Source: Candidatus Ozemobacteraceae bacterium (GTDB lineage: Bacteria; Muiribacteriota; Ozemobacteria; Ozemobacterales; Ozemobacteraceae). From it: a stretch of 64,000 bases of DNA. Positions 47,664 through 58,471 of the stretch are shown here, piece after piece (the first letter of the stretch is position 1; the number at the start of each line of letters is the position of its first letter). The stretch spans positions 4,288,001-4,352,000 of the forward strand of contig OZ223236.1 of NCBI GenBank assembly GCA_965140445.1, given 5' to 3'. Both the position numbers and the translations under genes were made by a program. Under the pieces are notes generated by a model. That model worked only from the letters and a program-made list of their open reading frames with translations, had not been told where the DNA came from and made no database searches.

Positions 47664-47826
47664 GGTGATAATCTAATATGCGATCGAACCAAGGTCAAGC
47701 ATAAGCCCGAAGCATTACTAATTTAAACAAAATTGAGACCCGGTTTTGGGAATAAAAAATCTTTGGGGCTTCAAATTATTCACAGAATTTGATAGGCTAT
47801 AGGCACTTAAGTTGTAAGGAAACAAA

Positions 47827-48099
47827 ATGTCTGACAAAAAACTTACTGAAATGCCAAATATTGGCAAAGAGCTCGAAAAAAAGCTGATCGAAATTGGCAT
47901 AGATTCTTCAGATGACCTGATAAAATCTGGAAGCATCAGTGCCTGGTTGAAAATTCGAGGGAAACACCCAACAGCTTGTTTAAATACACTCTATGCACTG
48001 GAAGGCGCCATTGCCGGAGTCAAGTGGCAGGAACTCCCCGAAGATAGAAAAAGACGCATGAAGGTCGTTTTTGAAACCTACGAAAAGCAGAATAACTAG
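47827..48099 (+). CDS. TfoX/Sxy C-terminal-domain protein
   Basis: MPNIGKELEKKL, LYALEGAI.G..W..L. Confidence 0.85.
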   Translation: MSDKKLTEMPNIGKELEKKLIEIGIDSSDDLIKSGSISAWLKIRGKHPTACLNTLYALEGAIAGVKWQELPEDRKRRMKVVFETYEKQNN

Positions 48100-48153
48100 C
48101 AATTAGTTAGCTAATAGACTGATTTTTAAGCTTTGAACCTTGATGGAGGAATC

Positions 48154-48420
48154 ATGATCCACATTGAAAAACCAACTCAGGACAAACTTGAAAAACTAAA
48201 AGTAGAAACCTGGCCAATCTGGGAAAAAGAAGTTTCACAATTTCCCTGGACTTATTCAGATAAAGAATCTTGCTTTATTCTTGAAGGAGAAGTCATTGTA
48301 ACGCCAGAAAATGGAAACCCTGTTAAGATTGAAGCTGGTGATTTTGTTATTTTTCCCGCCGGAATGAACTGTCATTGGGATATTAAAAAAGCCATTAAAA
48401 AGCATTACGAATTCGGTTAA
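48154..48420 (+). CDS. Cupin (DUF861/Cupin_3-like)
   Basis: WPIWEKE..FPWTY..ESCFILEG..GDFVIFPAG..CHW; GGAGG RBS. Confidence 0.88.
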   Translation: MIHIEKPTQDKLEKLKVETWPIWEKEVSQFPWTYSDKESCFILEGEVIVTPENGNPVKIEAGDFVIFPAGMNCHWDIKKAIKKHYEFG

Positions 48421-48423
48421 GCA

Positions 48424-50478
48424 ATGAAAAAACCATTCTTTTCCATCTATTCCCATGGAATCATTCGCACTGCTGTTGCTATTCCCGAGACTTCATTGTC
48501 AAACCCTTCAGAGAATGTAAAAAGCCACATTCAACTTGCAAAAAAAGCCTCTGAGAGCTTTTCAGCACTGGTTATCTTCCCCGAACTTGGGATCAGTGGC
48601 TACTCCAATGAAGATCTTTTTCATCAGAAAACTCTTATAGATTCTTCAATGGATTCATTTCTAGAGCTCGTTAGAGCCAGCGAAGAATTGTTTTCAATAA
48701 TTGTTGCCGGATTACCAATTGAGGTAGATGGGCTTTTGTTCAACTGTGCGGCAGTTGTTTTCAAGGGAAAAGTTCTCGGGATTGTGCCCAAAACATTTTT
48801 ACCCAATCATCGGGAATTTTATGAAAAACGTCAGTTTGCAGCTGCAAAACAAAATTTAGCCAAAGAGATTTTGATAGATAAACAAATGGTTCCATTTGGG
48901 ACCGATTTAATTTTTGCTTGTGAAAACCTGCCCGCTTTTAAATTTGGCATAGAAATCTGTGAAGATTTATGGGCTCCAATATCTCCTGGAACATTTGCCA
49001 GTATGGCTGGAGCAACTATCATTGCCAATCTTTCAGCGAGCAATATAGTAATCGGAAAATCAGATTACAGAAGGCTGCTTGCCAAAGCAAATTCAGCTAA
49101 ATGTCTCTCAGGTTATTTATATTCAGCAGCTGGCAATGGGGAATCCACCACCGATCTTGCATGGGATGGACAAGGGCTGATTGTTGAAAACGGGAAAATT
49201 CTCGCCGAAACAGAAAGATTTGCCTCCTCCAGCAAACTAATCATGGCTGACATTGATGTGGATATGCTTCATCAGGAAAGAATGAGAACCACCAATTTCA
49301 GAGATTCAATTGCCCTGCACAAAGATAATCTATCGAATTTTCGTCGTATTAAATTTAATTTGCAGAATCTACCAGATAAGAATCTCGAACTAATTTCTAC
49401 AAAGGATCGCTTTCCTTTTATCCCCAACGAAAAAGAAGCTCGTGCCCAACGCTGTATGGAATCATACAACATTCAGGTTCATGGCCTGGTTCAGCGTCTT
49501 AAAAGCAGCCATATCAATAAAATTGTCATTGGTGTTTCAGGCGGTTTAGATTCTACTCAAGCTCTTTTGGTCGCCTGCAAAGCTATAGATCTTCTAGGTT
49601 TAAGCCGAAAAAATATTCTCGCTTATACAATGCCAGGTTTTGCAACTTCAGATTTGACCAAATCAAACGCTTTCAGTTTAATGGATTGCCTCGGGGTAAC
49701 CAGCAGAGAAATAGATATAAAACCTGCATGCATGCAAGTTTTCAAAGAATTGGACCACCCCTTCTCCAGAGGTGAAGAGATTTACGACATTACTTTTGAA
49801 AATGTTCAGGCCGGGGAAAGAACTTCTTTTCTGTTCAGGCTTGCAAACATGCATAAAGCAATTGTCCTGGGCACAGGTGATCTAAGTGAGCTCGCCCTTG
49901 GCTGGTGTACTTACGGGGTTGGCGACCACATGTCCCACTACAATGTAAACGCATCTGTCCCCAAGACCCTTATACAGTATTTAATTCGATGGGTTGCTGA
50001 AACGCAGGCCTTCGGAAAAGAGGCGGCAAAAATACTGTTATCTGTTCTTTCCACGGAAATTTCTCCGGAGTTGATTCCCGGGAGAAGCAATACTGATCCG
50101 CAGCAAAAAACAGAACAATCAGTAGGTCCGTATGAGCTACAGGATTTTAACCTTTACTACATCACCCGCTATGGGTTTAAACCCTCAAAAGTAGCGTTTT
50201 TAGCCCATTCGGCCTGGAGCAATATTAATAATGGCGATTGGCCTGAAGATATTGCAGTAGAAAAAAGAAATGCTTACCCAATTTCAGAAATAAAAAAATG
50301 GTTGGAAGTATTTTTAAAAAGATTCTTTGGACAAACCCAGTTCAAGAGGAGTTGCGTTCCAAATGGGCCAAAAGTTGGTTCAGGTGGATCACTTTCACCG
50401 CGTGGTGATTGGCGCGCCCCCAGCGACTCTCAGCCAGACGCATGGCTAAAAGAGCTTTCAGAAAACGTTCCTTTCTAG
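48424..50478 (+). CDS. nadE: Glutamine-dependent NAD+ synthetase
   Basis: FPEL, EFYEKR, EICEDLW (nitrilase domain); [21 protein letters not shown]. Confidence 0.96.
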   Translation: MKKPFFSIYSHGIIRTAVAIPETSLSNPSENVKSHIQLAKKASESFSALVIFPELGISGYSNEDLFHQKTLIDSSMDSFLELVRASEELFSIIVAGLPIEVDGLLFNCAAVVFKGKVLGIVPKTFLPNHREFYEKRQFAAAKQNLAKEILIDKQMVPFGTDLIFACENLPAFKFGIEICEDLWAPISPGTFASMAGATIIANLSASNIVIGKSDYRRLLAKANSAKCLSGYLYSAAGNGESTTDLAWDGQGLIVENGKILAETERFASSSKLIMADIDVDMLHQERMRTTNFRDSIALHKDNLSNFRRIKFNLQNLPDKNLELISTKDRFPFIPNEKEARAQRCMESYNIQVHGLVQRLKSSHINKIVIGVSGGLDSTQALLVACKAIDLLGLSRKNILAYTMPGFATSDLTKSNAFSLMDCLGVTSREIDIKPACMQVFKELDHPFSRGEEIYDITFENVQAGERTSFLFRLANMHKAIVLGTGDLSELALGWCTYGVGDHMSHYNVNASVPKTLIQYLIRWVAETQAFGKEAAKILLSVLSTEISPELIPGRSNTDPQQKTEQSVGPYELQDFNLYYITRYGFKPSKVAFLAHSAWSNINNGDWPEDIAVEKRNAYPISEIKKWLEVFLKRFFGQTQFKRSCVPNGPKVGSGGSLSPRGDWRAPSDSQPDAWLKELSENVPF

Positions 50479-50829
50479 TTTAAACTAGTATTAAAAATTT
50501 CTTGCCAAAGTTGATTTTTTTTAAGATACTTAGGGTACAGGATAAAAAAAGAGAGGATACTTCGGCCAACCAAAAACTATAAATCTGGCTGAAAATTCCC
50601 ACTTATAAAATTTGGATCCAATCTGGTCTGTCAGCTTTTGTCTGTCAGATTGGTTTAGGTCATAACCCAACAATATCCCTATTCGGCCTCTCCAGGTAAC
50701 CGGAGAGGTTATTTTTTTGTCAGATTTCCGAAATAGAGCCTCAAGTAATTTTTTTTTACTTTGCGGTTGGATATTCAACTAAAAATAGGCTTATAATTTT
50801 ATTAGTTTAATTCCAAAGTTGAGTTCAAC

Positions 50830-51546
50830 ATGAAATTAGTATTTTTGAAAAACCTGACCTTGTTATCTTTGTTTTTCGCTTTAAATACAAACCTTGCTTT
50901 CGGAGAAACACCTTATAAGGAGTACAAAATGAAATCGACAATTAAGTGGCTGGGCCACTCTTCAGTTATGGTAAAAAATGAAAAACAGGTAATTATCGAT
51001 CCATGGAAGCTATCTTCTTCATATGAAGCCGATTTAGTTCTAATCACGCATTCCCACTTTGACCATCTAAGCGTTGAAGATATCAAAAAGTCCATTAAAA
51101 AAGGTGGTAAAATTCTTGCGCCAAAGGATTGCCTTAAGGAGCTTGAAGGCTACGATTTTATAGCAGTTAAACCAAATCAGAAAATAGAGCTGGAAGGTGT
51201 CACCATTGAAACCGTCCCGGCATATAACCCTGAAAAAGAGTTTCATCCAAAGGCTAACAATTGGGTTGGCTACATCATTAGGTTTCCAGATGAATCGGTT
51301 TACATTGCCGGCGACACTGATCTGATTCCCGAAATGAAGGATGTAAAGACTGATGTGGCAATACTGCCAATAGGTGGAACGTACACAATGGATAAGGATT
51401 CTGCCAACGAAGCTCTCAAATTGATTAAACCGAAAGCCGTAATCCCAATTCATTATGGCGATATTGTTGGTAATTCAACAGATGGCGAAGAATTTTCCAA
51501 ACTGGTAAAAGATGTAAAAGTAGTTATTTTAAAACCTGAAAAATAA
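50830..51546 (+). CDS. MBL-fold metallo-hydrolase
   Basis: WLGHSS, IDP, THSHFDH, AGDT, PIHYG. Confidence 0.9.
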   Translation: MKLVFLKNLTLLSLFFALNTNLAFGETPYKEYKMKSTIKWLGHSSVMVKNEKQVIIDPWKLSSSYEADLVLITHSHFDHLSVEDIKKSIKKGGKILAPKDCLKELEGYDFIAVKPNQKIELEGVTIETVPAYNPEKEFHPKANNWVGYIIRFPDESVYIAGDTDLIPEMKDVKTDVAILPIGGTYTMDKDSANEALKLIKPKAVIPIHYGDIVGNSTDGEEFSKLVKDVKVVILKPEK

Positions 51547-51581
51547 CTGCTTTCAAAAAAACTTTCCAGATAAATCCAACA

Positions 51582-51618
51582 AAAAAACAGCTCTGATTTT
51601 TTATCAGAGCTGTTTTTT
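51582..51618. terminator. Bidirectional intrinsic terminator
   Basis: AAAAAACAGCTCTGAT..ATCAGAGCTGTTTTTT. Confidence 0.85.
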
Positions 51619-51619
51619 A

Positions 51620-51743
51620 TATTTAGTTTTTTGTATTTAGTTTTCTGTATTTAGTTTTCTGTATTTAGTTTTCTGTATTTAGTTTTCTGTATTTAGTTTT
51701 CTGTATTTAGTTTTCTGTATTTAGTTTTCTGTATTTAGTTTTG
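51620..51743. repeat. 14-bp tandem repeat TATTTAGTTTTCTG (7 perfect plus 2 variant units)
   Basis: Read directly from the sequence. Confidence 0.97.
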
Positions 51744-51754
51744 TATCTTTTTTG

Positions 51755-52180
51755 TTATCTCAATCGAGCTACCATTTCTCTAATTTCTTTGGCACGCTGA
51801 ATTGTCTTTTTGGAAGATGCGCTGTATTTCTTTCTAAGTTCTTCAATCGTCAAAGCTTTTACTACAGGCTTTTCAATGGGTTCAACCGCTTTTTCTTCTA
51901 TTGGAGCAGCTTCTGTAAATTCGGGATCGTGAAACAAAACAAGCACTTCCACATCTTTTCGTGATTCAAGGTTTTCGCTTATTTCTTCCAGTTTAAGTTC
52001 AACAGTTTCCTTAACTTCAACCTTTTTATGCTTCTGCTTGCTATATTCTGTCAGCCTTGTTCTTAAAGCTTTAATACGCTGATTCAAATTCTCCTGCTGA
52101 AAACCCTGACCTGCAAAACCAATAGTTGAAATTCCCAGCATAAAACAACATGCCAGTAATTTTCCAAAATTGCGCCGCAT
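51755..52180 (-). CDS. Secreted hypothetical protein
   Basis: Signal peptide ending GFA; GGAGGT RBS. Confidence 0.75.
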   Translation of the reverse strand: MRRNFGKLLACCFMLGISTIGFAGQGFQQENLNQRIKALRTRLTEYSKQKHKKVEVKETVELKLEEISENLESRKDVEVLVLFHDPEFTEAAPIEEKAVEPIEKPVVKALTIEELRKKYSASSKKTIQRAKEIREMVARLR

Positions 52181-52258
52181 CTGTTTACCTCCGAAATGCC
52201 TTTTCTTTTATCTCTAAAGACAATCGGCAAAAACTTTTAAGAAATTAAGTTTTTTTTG

Positions 52259-54229
52259 CTAACGCCACAAGCCATAAGCTCCTGGCTGACTTTTAGCATC
52301 GGATGAAGTAAGAATTGGCGAGTCATTTTTAAGATGATAATCAGAAGCTATCCCGGCAATACTGACGAAGTGAGGGTCTGCATTGATAATTGGCCCACCG
52401 TTTTGATCACAGTTAAGCGTTTCAACAGCAAAATTAAAAATATTATTATATGGGTAACTGCGCCCAAGCGTTTTTTCTTCTATTCCATTGCCCGATCCCG
52501 GATTTTGATAGTTCACCAAAATACAGTTTCTAAGGTTTGAAACATCTGCGCCATCCACAACAACCCCATTCTGGGCATCGATGGTCAGGAACTGATAATC
52601 CCCAGTTGCTCCGCGCATTAAAAACCCAACTTTTTCTGACTGAATCACCCCACCCCTGACATACGGACTTAAGCGATCTTCAGCTCTTAGACCATTTTCA
52701 GTAGTTCCTCTCACATCAAAATCCGTAAGCCTGAAATTACTGTTGCCGCGAAGATAAATTCCATCGACCGCCCCATTTACAATTACAGAACTTATTGCAC
52801 AATTCCAGGTGTTTTCCGCCAGAAAGCCGGTTTCGCAATCATAGAACTGTAGCCCAATGCATGTAGTTGCGCTTGCACCATGCATTCCAAGGCCAATTGA
52901 GTTGTATCTTGAAACCAAATTACTTATGGAAACAGGACTTTCATAAACAGCTACCGCTTCTTCTGCTCCAGAAATTTCGACACTATGCAACTCTGTTTGC
53001 TTCTGGTCTGCGCCCGAAACGACTCTAATACCATTCCAATCACTTCTGCTGGGAAGGGCGGAGCCCGATATGAACTTAATCGGAAGATCCTGCGTTCCAG
53101 ATGCTGTCAGCTGTCCCTCAACGATAAATTCACACTTTTCCGGGTTGTATCCCATTCTGGCATTGTCGCTTTCAGAAAATTTTACAATTACTCCCGGTTC
53201 AATGGTGAGAGTTTTTCCCGCTGGCACCCAAATATCTCCGTTTATGGAAATTGGGCTATATGAAGCTTTCCAGACAACATCTTCAGTAAGCTTTCCTGCT
53301 GGAAAAATACTGAGTTTATTTGTTAAGGAAGAAACGTTTCCATCCAGATCAACCGCCTGAATAGCATATTGATAAAGCTGCCCGGGGACTACAAGACTAT
53401 CGGGATAGGAAAACTGTGCCCCAAAGATCTCATCTTCATTGGCAATCAAAGTTACAGAATTTCCTGCAGTTCCTTTGTATAATCGAAAACCTTTTACAGG
53501 GTCGAGTCCCTTATAAGACCAGTTTAACACCGGGCCATTCAAGCCCTGAGAGACTGTAAAGTCTGATGGCATATCTGGTGCCCCCGCAAGGTCTTCCCTC
53601 GGAATAGTATTAAAAGATCCTTCGGAACTTTTGTATCTTCTACCGTCTGCCGTAACCCCTTCAATACTGAAAAGATACTTTGCACTGGTAAATAGATTTG
53701 AAAGTTTTATCTGATGGGAAGTTGCTGAAACTGTAGGTTCAGATTGTGTAACCATGCTGTATTGCTCTCTATAGAGAACCTGAACAGACATTGCTTCCTT
53801 GCAGCTGATATCTATAACAGCGCTATCTCTTGTTCGGCCGGAAATAGACCAGGTAATCATTTCTGGTAAAGGTTCAACTTCCAGATTAATGCCATTTACA
53901 ACCTCGCCGTAGCCAATTTCAATAGTTCTGGAGGCAATGTAAAAACCATTTTGTTCAACTGTAAGCCTATGACTACCTTCATCAAGAGAAGTGAATTCAT
54001 AAAAGCCGTCTTCATTAGTTTCAGCGCCATAAAGAGAACGGTGAGATCTGACTAAAGCTCCCACTACACGATTTCCTGCAGTATCAAGAACAAGTCCGGA
54101 AACCGAACCTCGCTTGGTGGCAACCTGATTTTCACAGCCCAAAAGGCCAGTTATTGCAATAACTACCAGCACAAAAATAAATGGATTAAACCATTTACCC
54201 TGCTTTTCTTCTTTTCTGACAGTTTTCAT
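52259..54229 (-). CDS. Lipoprotein: carboxypeptidase-regulatory-like + FN3 + right-handed beta-helix (paralog 3)
   Basis: Lipobox LLGC; SVSGLVLD..TNEDGFY; SPI.I.GDI.V..G.TL.I.PG; W.GI; start moved to MKTVRK. Confidence 0.8.
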   Translation of the reverse strand: MKTVRKEEKQGKWFNPFIFVLVVIAITGLLGCENQVATKRGSVSGLVLDTAGNRVVGALVRSHRSLYGAETNEDGFYEFTSLDEGSHRLTVEQNGFYIASRTIEIGYGEVVNGINLEVEPLPEMITWSISGRTRDSAVIDISCKEAMSVQVLYREQYSMVTQSEPTVSATSHQIKLSNLFTSAKYLFSIEGVTADGRRYKSSEGSFNTIPREDLAGAPDMPSDFTVSQGLNGPVLNWSYKGLDPVKGFRLYKGTAGNSVTLIANEDEIFGAQFSYPDSLVVPGQLYQYAIQAVDLDGNVSSLTNKLSIFPAGKLTEDVVWKASYSPISINGDIWVPAGKTLTIEPGVIVKFSESDNARMGYNPEKCEFIVEGQLTASGTQDLPIKFISGSALPSRSDWNGIRVVSGADQKQTELHSVEISGAEEAVAVYESPVSISNLVSRYNSIGLGMHGASATTCIGLQFYDCETGFLAENTWNCAISSVIVNGAVDGIYLRGNSNFRLTDFDVRGTTENGLRAEDRLSPYVRGGVIQSEKVGFLMRGATGDYQFLTIDAQNGVVVDGADVSNLRNCILVNYQNPGSGNGIEEKTLGRSYPYNNIFNFAVETLNCDQNGGPIINADPHFVSIAGIASDYHLKNDSPILTSSDAKSQPGAYGLWR

Positions 54230-54339
54230 TTTCTTACCTTTGTGGCGATTTTTAAGCACCTGTACAATTTCTTTTCTTAGAACTTCTTTGGCTAAACCAG
54301 ACTTATCGTCAACGTTATTCAATATTTATCTTTCTCCGC

Positions 54340-56313
54340 TTACAATCGAGACGGGCCATATCTGCCCATTTCATTTCCATATCTATCTTCCAGTTTCAAA
54401 GTTGAATCTGTGAGAAGGTTATAATCGTATGGAATTCCTCCAACAAATTTTGGAGTAATTTGAAGACTGTTGTCTCCTAAGCCACAGCCACTATAAGGCG
54501 TAGCAAATCCATAGACATTATTGAAATCATAGGTGGGAGTGATAACTGAAAGGTTGTTTATTCCAGTCTCTCCACTCAAGCTGGTAGCTGTAACAATGTT
54601 ATTTTCCATCACAACTGTTCCCAGTTTTACAATTATTCCATTCAAAGCGTCTATTGTGCAGTGATCGACATAATTATCTCTGGTATTCAGAAAATTAGTG
54701 AATTCCATACCCACACCTGATGGTGAAACGATGAGCACATTTTTGATTTTGGACTTTCCAATTATTCCGCGGATGCCATACTTTGAGGCTTCAATGTCTG
54801 TATCCTGAACATCCAGTTGATCTTCTGAATCCGTTGTCTGATTGTAGATACCAGTATTTACTCCGTCGAACTGGCAGGAATGAACGTTGATTCTGCGGCA
54901 TTCTTCAATATAGAGAGCAGCAGACGCAATTTCCTCAAACTTGCAGGCATCAAGATAAACAAAGTTGTCTATTCCTTTTAATCTAAGGCCATTTTCACAG
55001 TATTTAACCTTGATGTTATTCACTTTAAAATCTTTAGCTTCTACGTTTAGAGCGTAGTCAGTGCATCCAAAAATATTCACGTGATGAAACTCTGAAATAC
55101 CAGTTTTGGAACTTAAAATCTTGATTCCAGCCCAATGATCCCGTCGTCCGGAACCGTCTAATGGCCTGAAAGCGACCGGGTTATCTTCCGTTCCATTCAA
55201 AGCGATACGGCCATGAACAAGGATTTCGACTCTGTCTTCGTCCAATCCAAGGCCCATAGAATCTTTTTCCGCAATCTGAAACTGAACTCCGGAAGCTACT
55301 TGTAAATTTGCCCCAGCAGCAATTATCAGATCTGTTGTTAAGATTATTGGCGAATCAGATGACTCAAGAACCAGATCTCGCCCAACAACCCCCGGAACAA
55401 AAATTGTATTAGAAGATTTCAGCGCTGAAGTTGCGCCAACACTGTTAACTGAAACAACCGAATATTGGTAGAGTCTTCCAGTTTCCAGGTTCTGATCGGT
55501 GTAAGTCTTGATATTGGCCGGAATGGTGTTATCGTTAATTTGCTGCCATTCGCCGCCCTTTTCTCTTCGCAGGATGCTATAACCGACTACGGATGAACCG
55601 GTTGCAGCTTCCCAGTTGAGCGTAACTTTTCCCAATTCAGTAAAACCAGCTACACTTATAGACTGCGGCATTGAAGGCCTGTCGCCCATATCGGTTTTGA
55701 ATGGAAAATCATACGAATAATGGCTGACCGCAGATTCATCAATATACTGAACTCTGAAATGATACAGGGTTTCCGGGCTTAGCGATTTTAAAACAGCCAC
55801 ATGCTCAACTGCAGCTCGTTCTTCACGATAAATCTGCCCATATCCCTGAGTAACCCCATAATCTATGTTACAAGCAACACTTCTATAGGTTTTCCAGGTT
55901 ATTCTTGCTGTTGAAGAGGAAACCTCCGCAACCGTAACATTGCTGATCTTATGAGGGGCGTTAGCCTGATCCAGCTTAATAGCCTCTACCACAGTAGTTT
56001 CATTGGATCTAACTTCGATTGAACGCTCTTCAACCGCATAGTCGTCATGGAGAATTACAATGTTGTTCAATCCTGCTGGCAATTCAGCAAGATAAAAGCC
56101 ACCATCTCCTCCAGTGTATACCTGATCCTCTTCCGCAAAAATTGAGTAGACCTTTGCATTTGGAACTGCATCACCACTGGAATTAACGATTCTTCCACTC
56201 AGGCTACCAGTCTGCGACTGCCTCATTCCACAACCCAAAATGCCCATGACAGCAAATATAGTCATGAGCGTGAGGATAGTAGCCTTATTTTTTCTAATAC
56301 TAGTCAGGAACAT
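54340..56313 (-). CDS. Lipoprotein, same architecture (paralog 2)
   Basis: Lipobox ILGC; LSGRIVN; LSPETLYHFRV; YQYSVVSVN; HWAGI. Confidence 0.8.
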   Translation of the reverse strand: MFLTSIRKNKATILTLMTIFAVMGILGCGMRQSQTGSLSGRIVNSSGDAVPNAKVYSIFAEEDQVYTGGDGGFYLAELPAGLNNIVILHDDYAVEERSIEVRSNETTVVEAIKLDQANAPHKISNVTVAEVSSSTARITWKTYRSVACNIDYGVTQGYGQIYREERAAVEHVAVLKSLSPETLYHFRVQYIDESAVSHYSYDFPFKTDMGDRPSMPQSISVAGFTELGKVTLNWEAATGSSVVGYSILRREKGGEWQQINDNTIPANIKTYTDQNLETGRLYQYSVVSVNSVGATSALKSSNTIFVPGVVGRDLVLESSDSPIILTTDLIIAAGANLQVASGVQFQIAEKDSMGLGLDEDRVEILVHGRIALNGTEDNPVAFRPLDGSGRRDHWAGIKILSSKTGISEFHHVNIFGCTDYALNVEAKDFKVNNIKVKYCENGLRLKGIDNFVYLDACKFEEIASAALYIEECRRINVHSCQFDGVNTGIYNQTTDSEDQLDVQDTDIEASKYGIRGIIGKSKIKNVLIVSPSGVGMEFTNFLNTRDNYVDHCTIDALNGIIVKLGTVVMENNIVTATSLSGETGINNLSVITPTYDFNNVYGFATPYSGCGLGDNSLQITPKFVGGIPYDYNLLTDSTLKLEDRYGNEMGRYGPSRL

Positions 56314-58321
56314 TTATAGCTCCAACGTCTTCGAAGTCGTATCCAGCACCCTTTAGAGAACTTCCGGGCGATGGGGTATAATTAAATGTGCTGGTTGGAA
56401 ACTCCACAAAAGGAGTTCCGCCCTGCAAAGATGGATCAAGAGTTAAATCAGAAGAAATTCCGGTTAGCGCTGTTCCATCATAATTTGAATATCTGCGGGC
56501 ATTTCCGGTTGGAATATCCCAGATATCATTGTTTTGAATGGTGTGTGAAGCAACAGAATAATTGTATTGGGTTACTTTTCCACTTGAATCGGTCACAGTG
56601 CCGCTATAAAGCACTCCAATTGCACTGCGGGAGTTATCAGATAAAATAAGGTTGCTGCGAATAATGCTATTTGCATCTCCTTTTAACTCAATACCAACGC
56701 CAGCCTGGAGAGTATTTCTACGCAACTCATCTTTTCCTCTGAGAATAACTGCCGATCCATTTGAGCCGTAACCCACAATATTGTTCATTGCTTTTGAAGT
56801 TGTGCTGTTATTACCAAGATCCAGCCCGGCAACTCCTGCGAATTGAACTATGTTTCCAGTAACCTGGGCGTTAGTATTGTTTCGGCAGACAATTCCGTAA
56901 ATACATCTAATAGCCTTGCTATTAGTAATTTTTACATCAACTGAGCTGTCTTTAACCATGATTCCGGAGCCACATGTGTCAGCGACAACATTCAGAATGT
57001 CAACGGCACGTCTTGATTTTAAGCACTGCAAACCAGATTGCCTGCAGTTGAAAAACCTTGAATCCGAAACAGATGGGAGCCCCTCAATTCCATAAAGACC
57101 ATCAACAGCGCAAGCTAGATTCAAGCCTTTAATTAGTGAAGTTGTTAGATCAGAGTTCGTATCAAAAATGATTCCAACCCAATCTCCAGCCTGTGGAGAA
57201 CCGCTGGTTGAATTGAAGCTGACTGGTTCACTGGCTGTTCCCTGAACCATTAATGTCCCTTGAACTGTGATTTCAATCCTGTCATCAGCTGTTTCTTTAT
57301 CCCACTCATCTGCTGCTGAAACCCCAACTGATACGCCTTTGTCTATTACAAGGCTAAAACCAGGAGCAATTTTCAGGTCACCAGTGAGAAGATAAGGTGA
57401 ATTCTGCGAAGTCCATACTGCATTTCTGTTCATAACGCCTGGCATCAAGAAGGAAATGGTATCGGATGGTGGCGATTCTTCGCCTGTTCCAGCGAGTCTG
57501 GTAATTCTGTAAAAATACTTAACCCCTGGAGAAACATCCATATCTGAATGTGTGTTTTGTGTCATTTTGGCCAATTCAACAAATGGACCTGCAGCTGATT
57601 CAGCCCGATAAATTTTGTAACCGGAAAAATCCGTTCCGGTATCAGCATTCCAATCAATTTTTATTACGTTCGAGCTGGTAAGTTTGCTGATTTTTAGTCC
57701 GGTAGGAGGATTTCCTCGAATGGTATATGCGGTAGTAAATTTTCCCAACTCAGATTCAATAGTTCGATTCAAAGTGTCATTTGCCACACAAACAAAATTG
57801 TATGTCGTGGCTGGAATCAGATTCTGAATTGTAAAGGTATGCATGAAAGTTGATTCGGTATTTTTTGGCGTAGTTGCCTGAAGAAGATTGTTAGGACCAT
57901 ATTTTATATAGGCCGTAGCCTGCTTTTTCGTATAAAAAGTAATGGTTACATTTGAAGAAGTAAGCCCCGAAACAGAAACATCGTAGATTTCGCTGTTCGC
58001 TGCAAGAGTAAAATTTACCCCTTCTTTTGTTTCACCACTCAGAACCTCTACGGTTTTATTCTGGCTCTGAAAGTTTTCTCTGGCTGCAGTAACCTGGGTC
58101 ATTTGTGCTGACAAAGCACTTAAAGTCCACTTCCCGTTTACATCGGAAAGGGCGGAACCTTCTGGAGCAGTAATTTTCACCCCGCTCAATGGATTTCCAG
58201 AGGTATCAGTAACAATACCGCTAAGCCCGCCTTTTCCAGGGGATTGTGAACTCATACAGCCCAGGTGAGCCATAAGTATTCCTAAAAATATAAAAATGGT
58301 TATCAATCTTATTTTTTTCAT
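56300..58321 (-). CDS. Lipoprotein, same architecture (paralog 1)
   Basis: Lipobox-like HLGC; LSGIVTD; LIPATTYNF; SPYLLTGDL; DWVGI. Confidence 0.8.
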   Translation of the reverse strand: MKKIRLITIFIFLGILMAHLGCMSSQSPGKGGLSGIVTDTSGNPLSGVKITAPEGSALSDVNGKWTLSALSAQMTQVTAARENFQSQNKTVEVLSGETKEGVNFTLAANSEIYDVSVSGLTSSNVTITFYTKKQATAYIKYGPNNLLQATTPKNTESTFMHTFTIQNLIPATTYNFVCVANDTLNRTIESELGKFTTAYTIRGNPPTGLKISKLTSSNVIKIDWNADTGTDFSGYKIYRAESAAGPFVELAKMTQNTHSDMDVSPGVKYFYRITRLAGTGEESPPSDTISFLMPGVMNRNAVWTSQNSPYLLTGDLKIAPGFSLVIDKGVSVGVSAADEWDKETADDRIEITVQGTLMVQGTASEPVSFNSTSGSPQAGDWVGIIFDTNSDLTTSLIKGLNLACAVDGLYGIEGLPSVSDSRFFNCRQSGLQCLKSRRAVDILNVVADTCGSGIMVKDSSVDVKITNSKAIRCIYGIVCRNNTNAQVTGNIVQFAGVAGLDLGNNSTTSKAMNNIVGYGSNGSAVILRGKDELRRNTLQAGVGIELKGDANSIIRSNLILSDNSRSAIGVLYSGTVTDSSGKVTQYNYSVASHTIQNNDIWDIPTGNARRYSNYDGTALTGISSDLTLDPSLQGGTPFVEFPTSTFNYTPSPGSSLKGAGYDFEDVGAINVPD

Positions 58322-58471
58322 TCACTTATGGTTGTCGGAAAAAAAAGCTGTTTTCCTTAGAATCAAAAAGGTTGAAAGTTAAAGAAAAATGGAGTTACAT
58401 TCTTATATCAAAATATTTGTCTGTTATAAGGCATAAAAAAAGGGTTCACCGTTAAGGAAAGGAAATTTGTT

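Noticed and set aside
50530..50778. 82-aa minus-strand ORF
   Set aside because: Non-ATG start, no RBS or recognisable motif; cannot be supported
51620..51743. Mini-CRISPR or iterons
   Set aside because: No spacers and no rep or cas gene nearby
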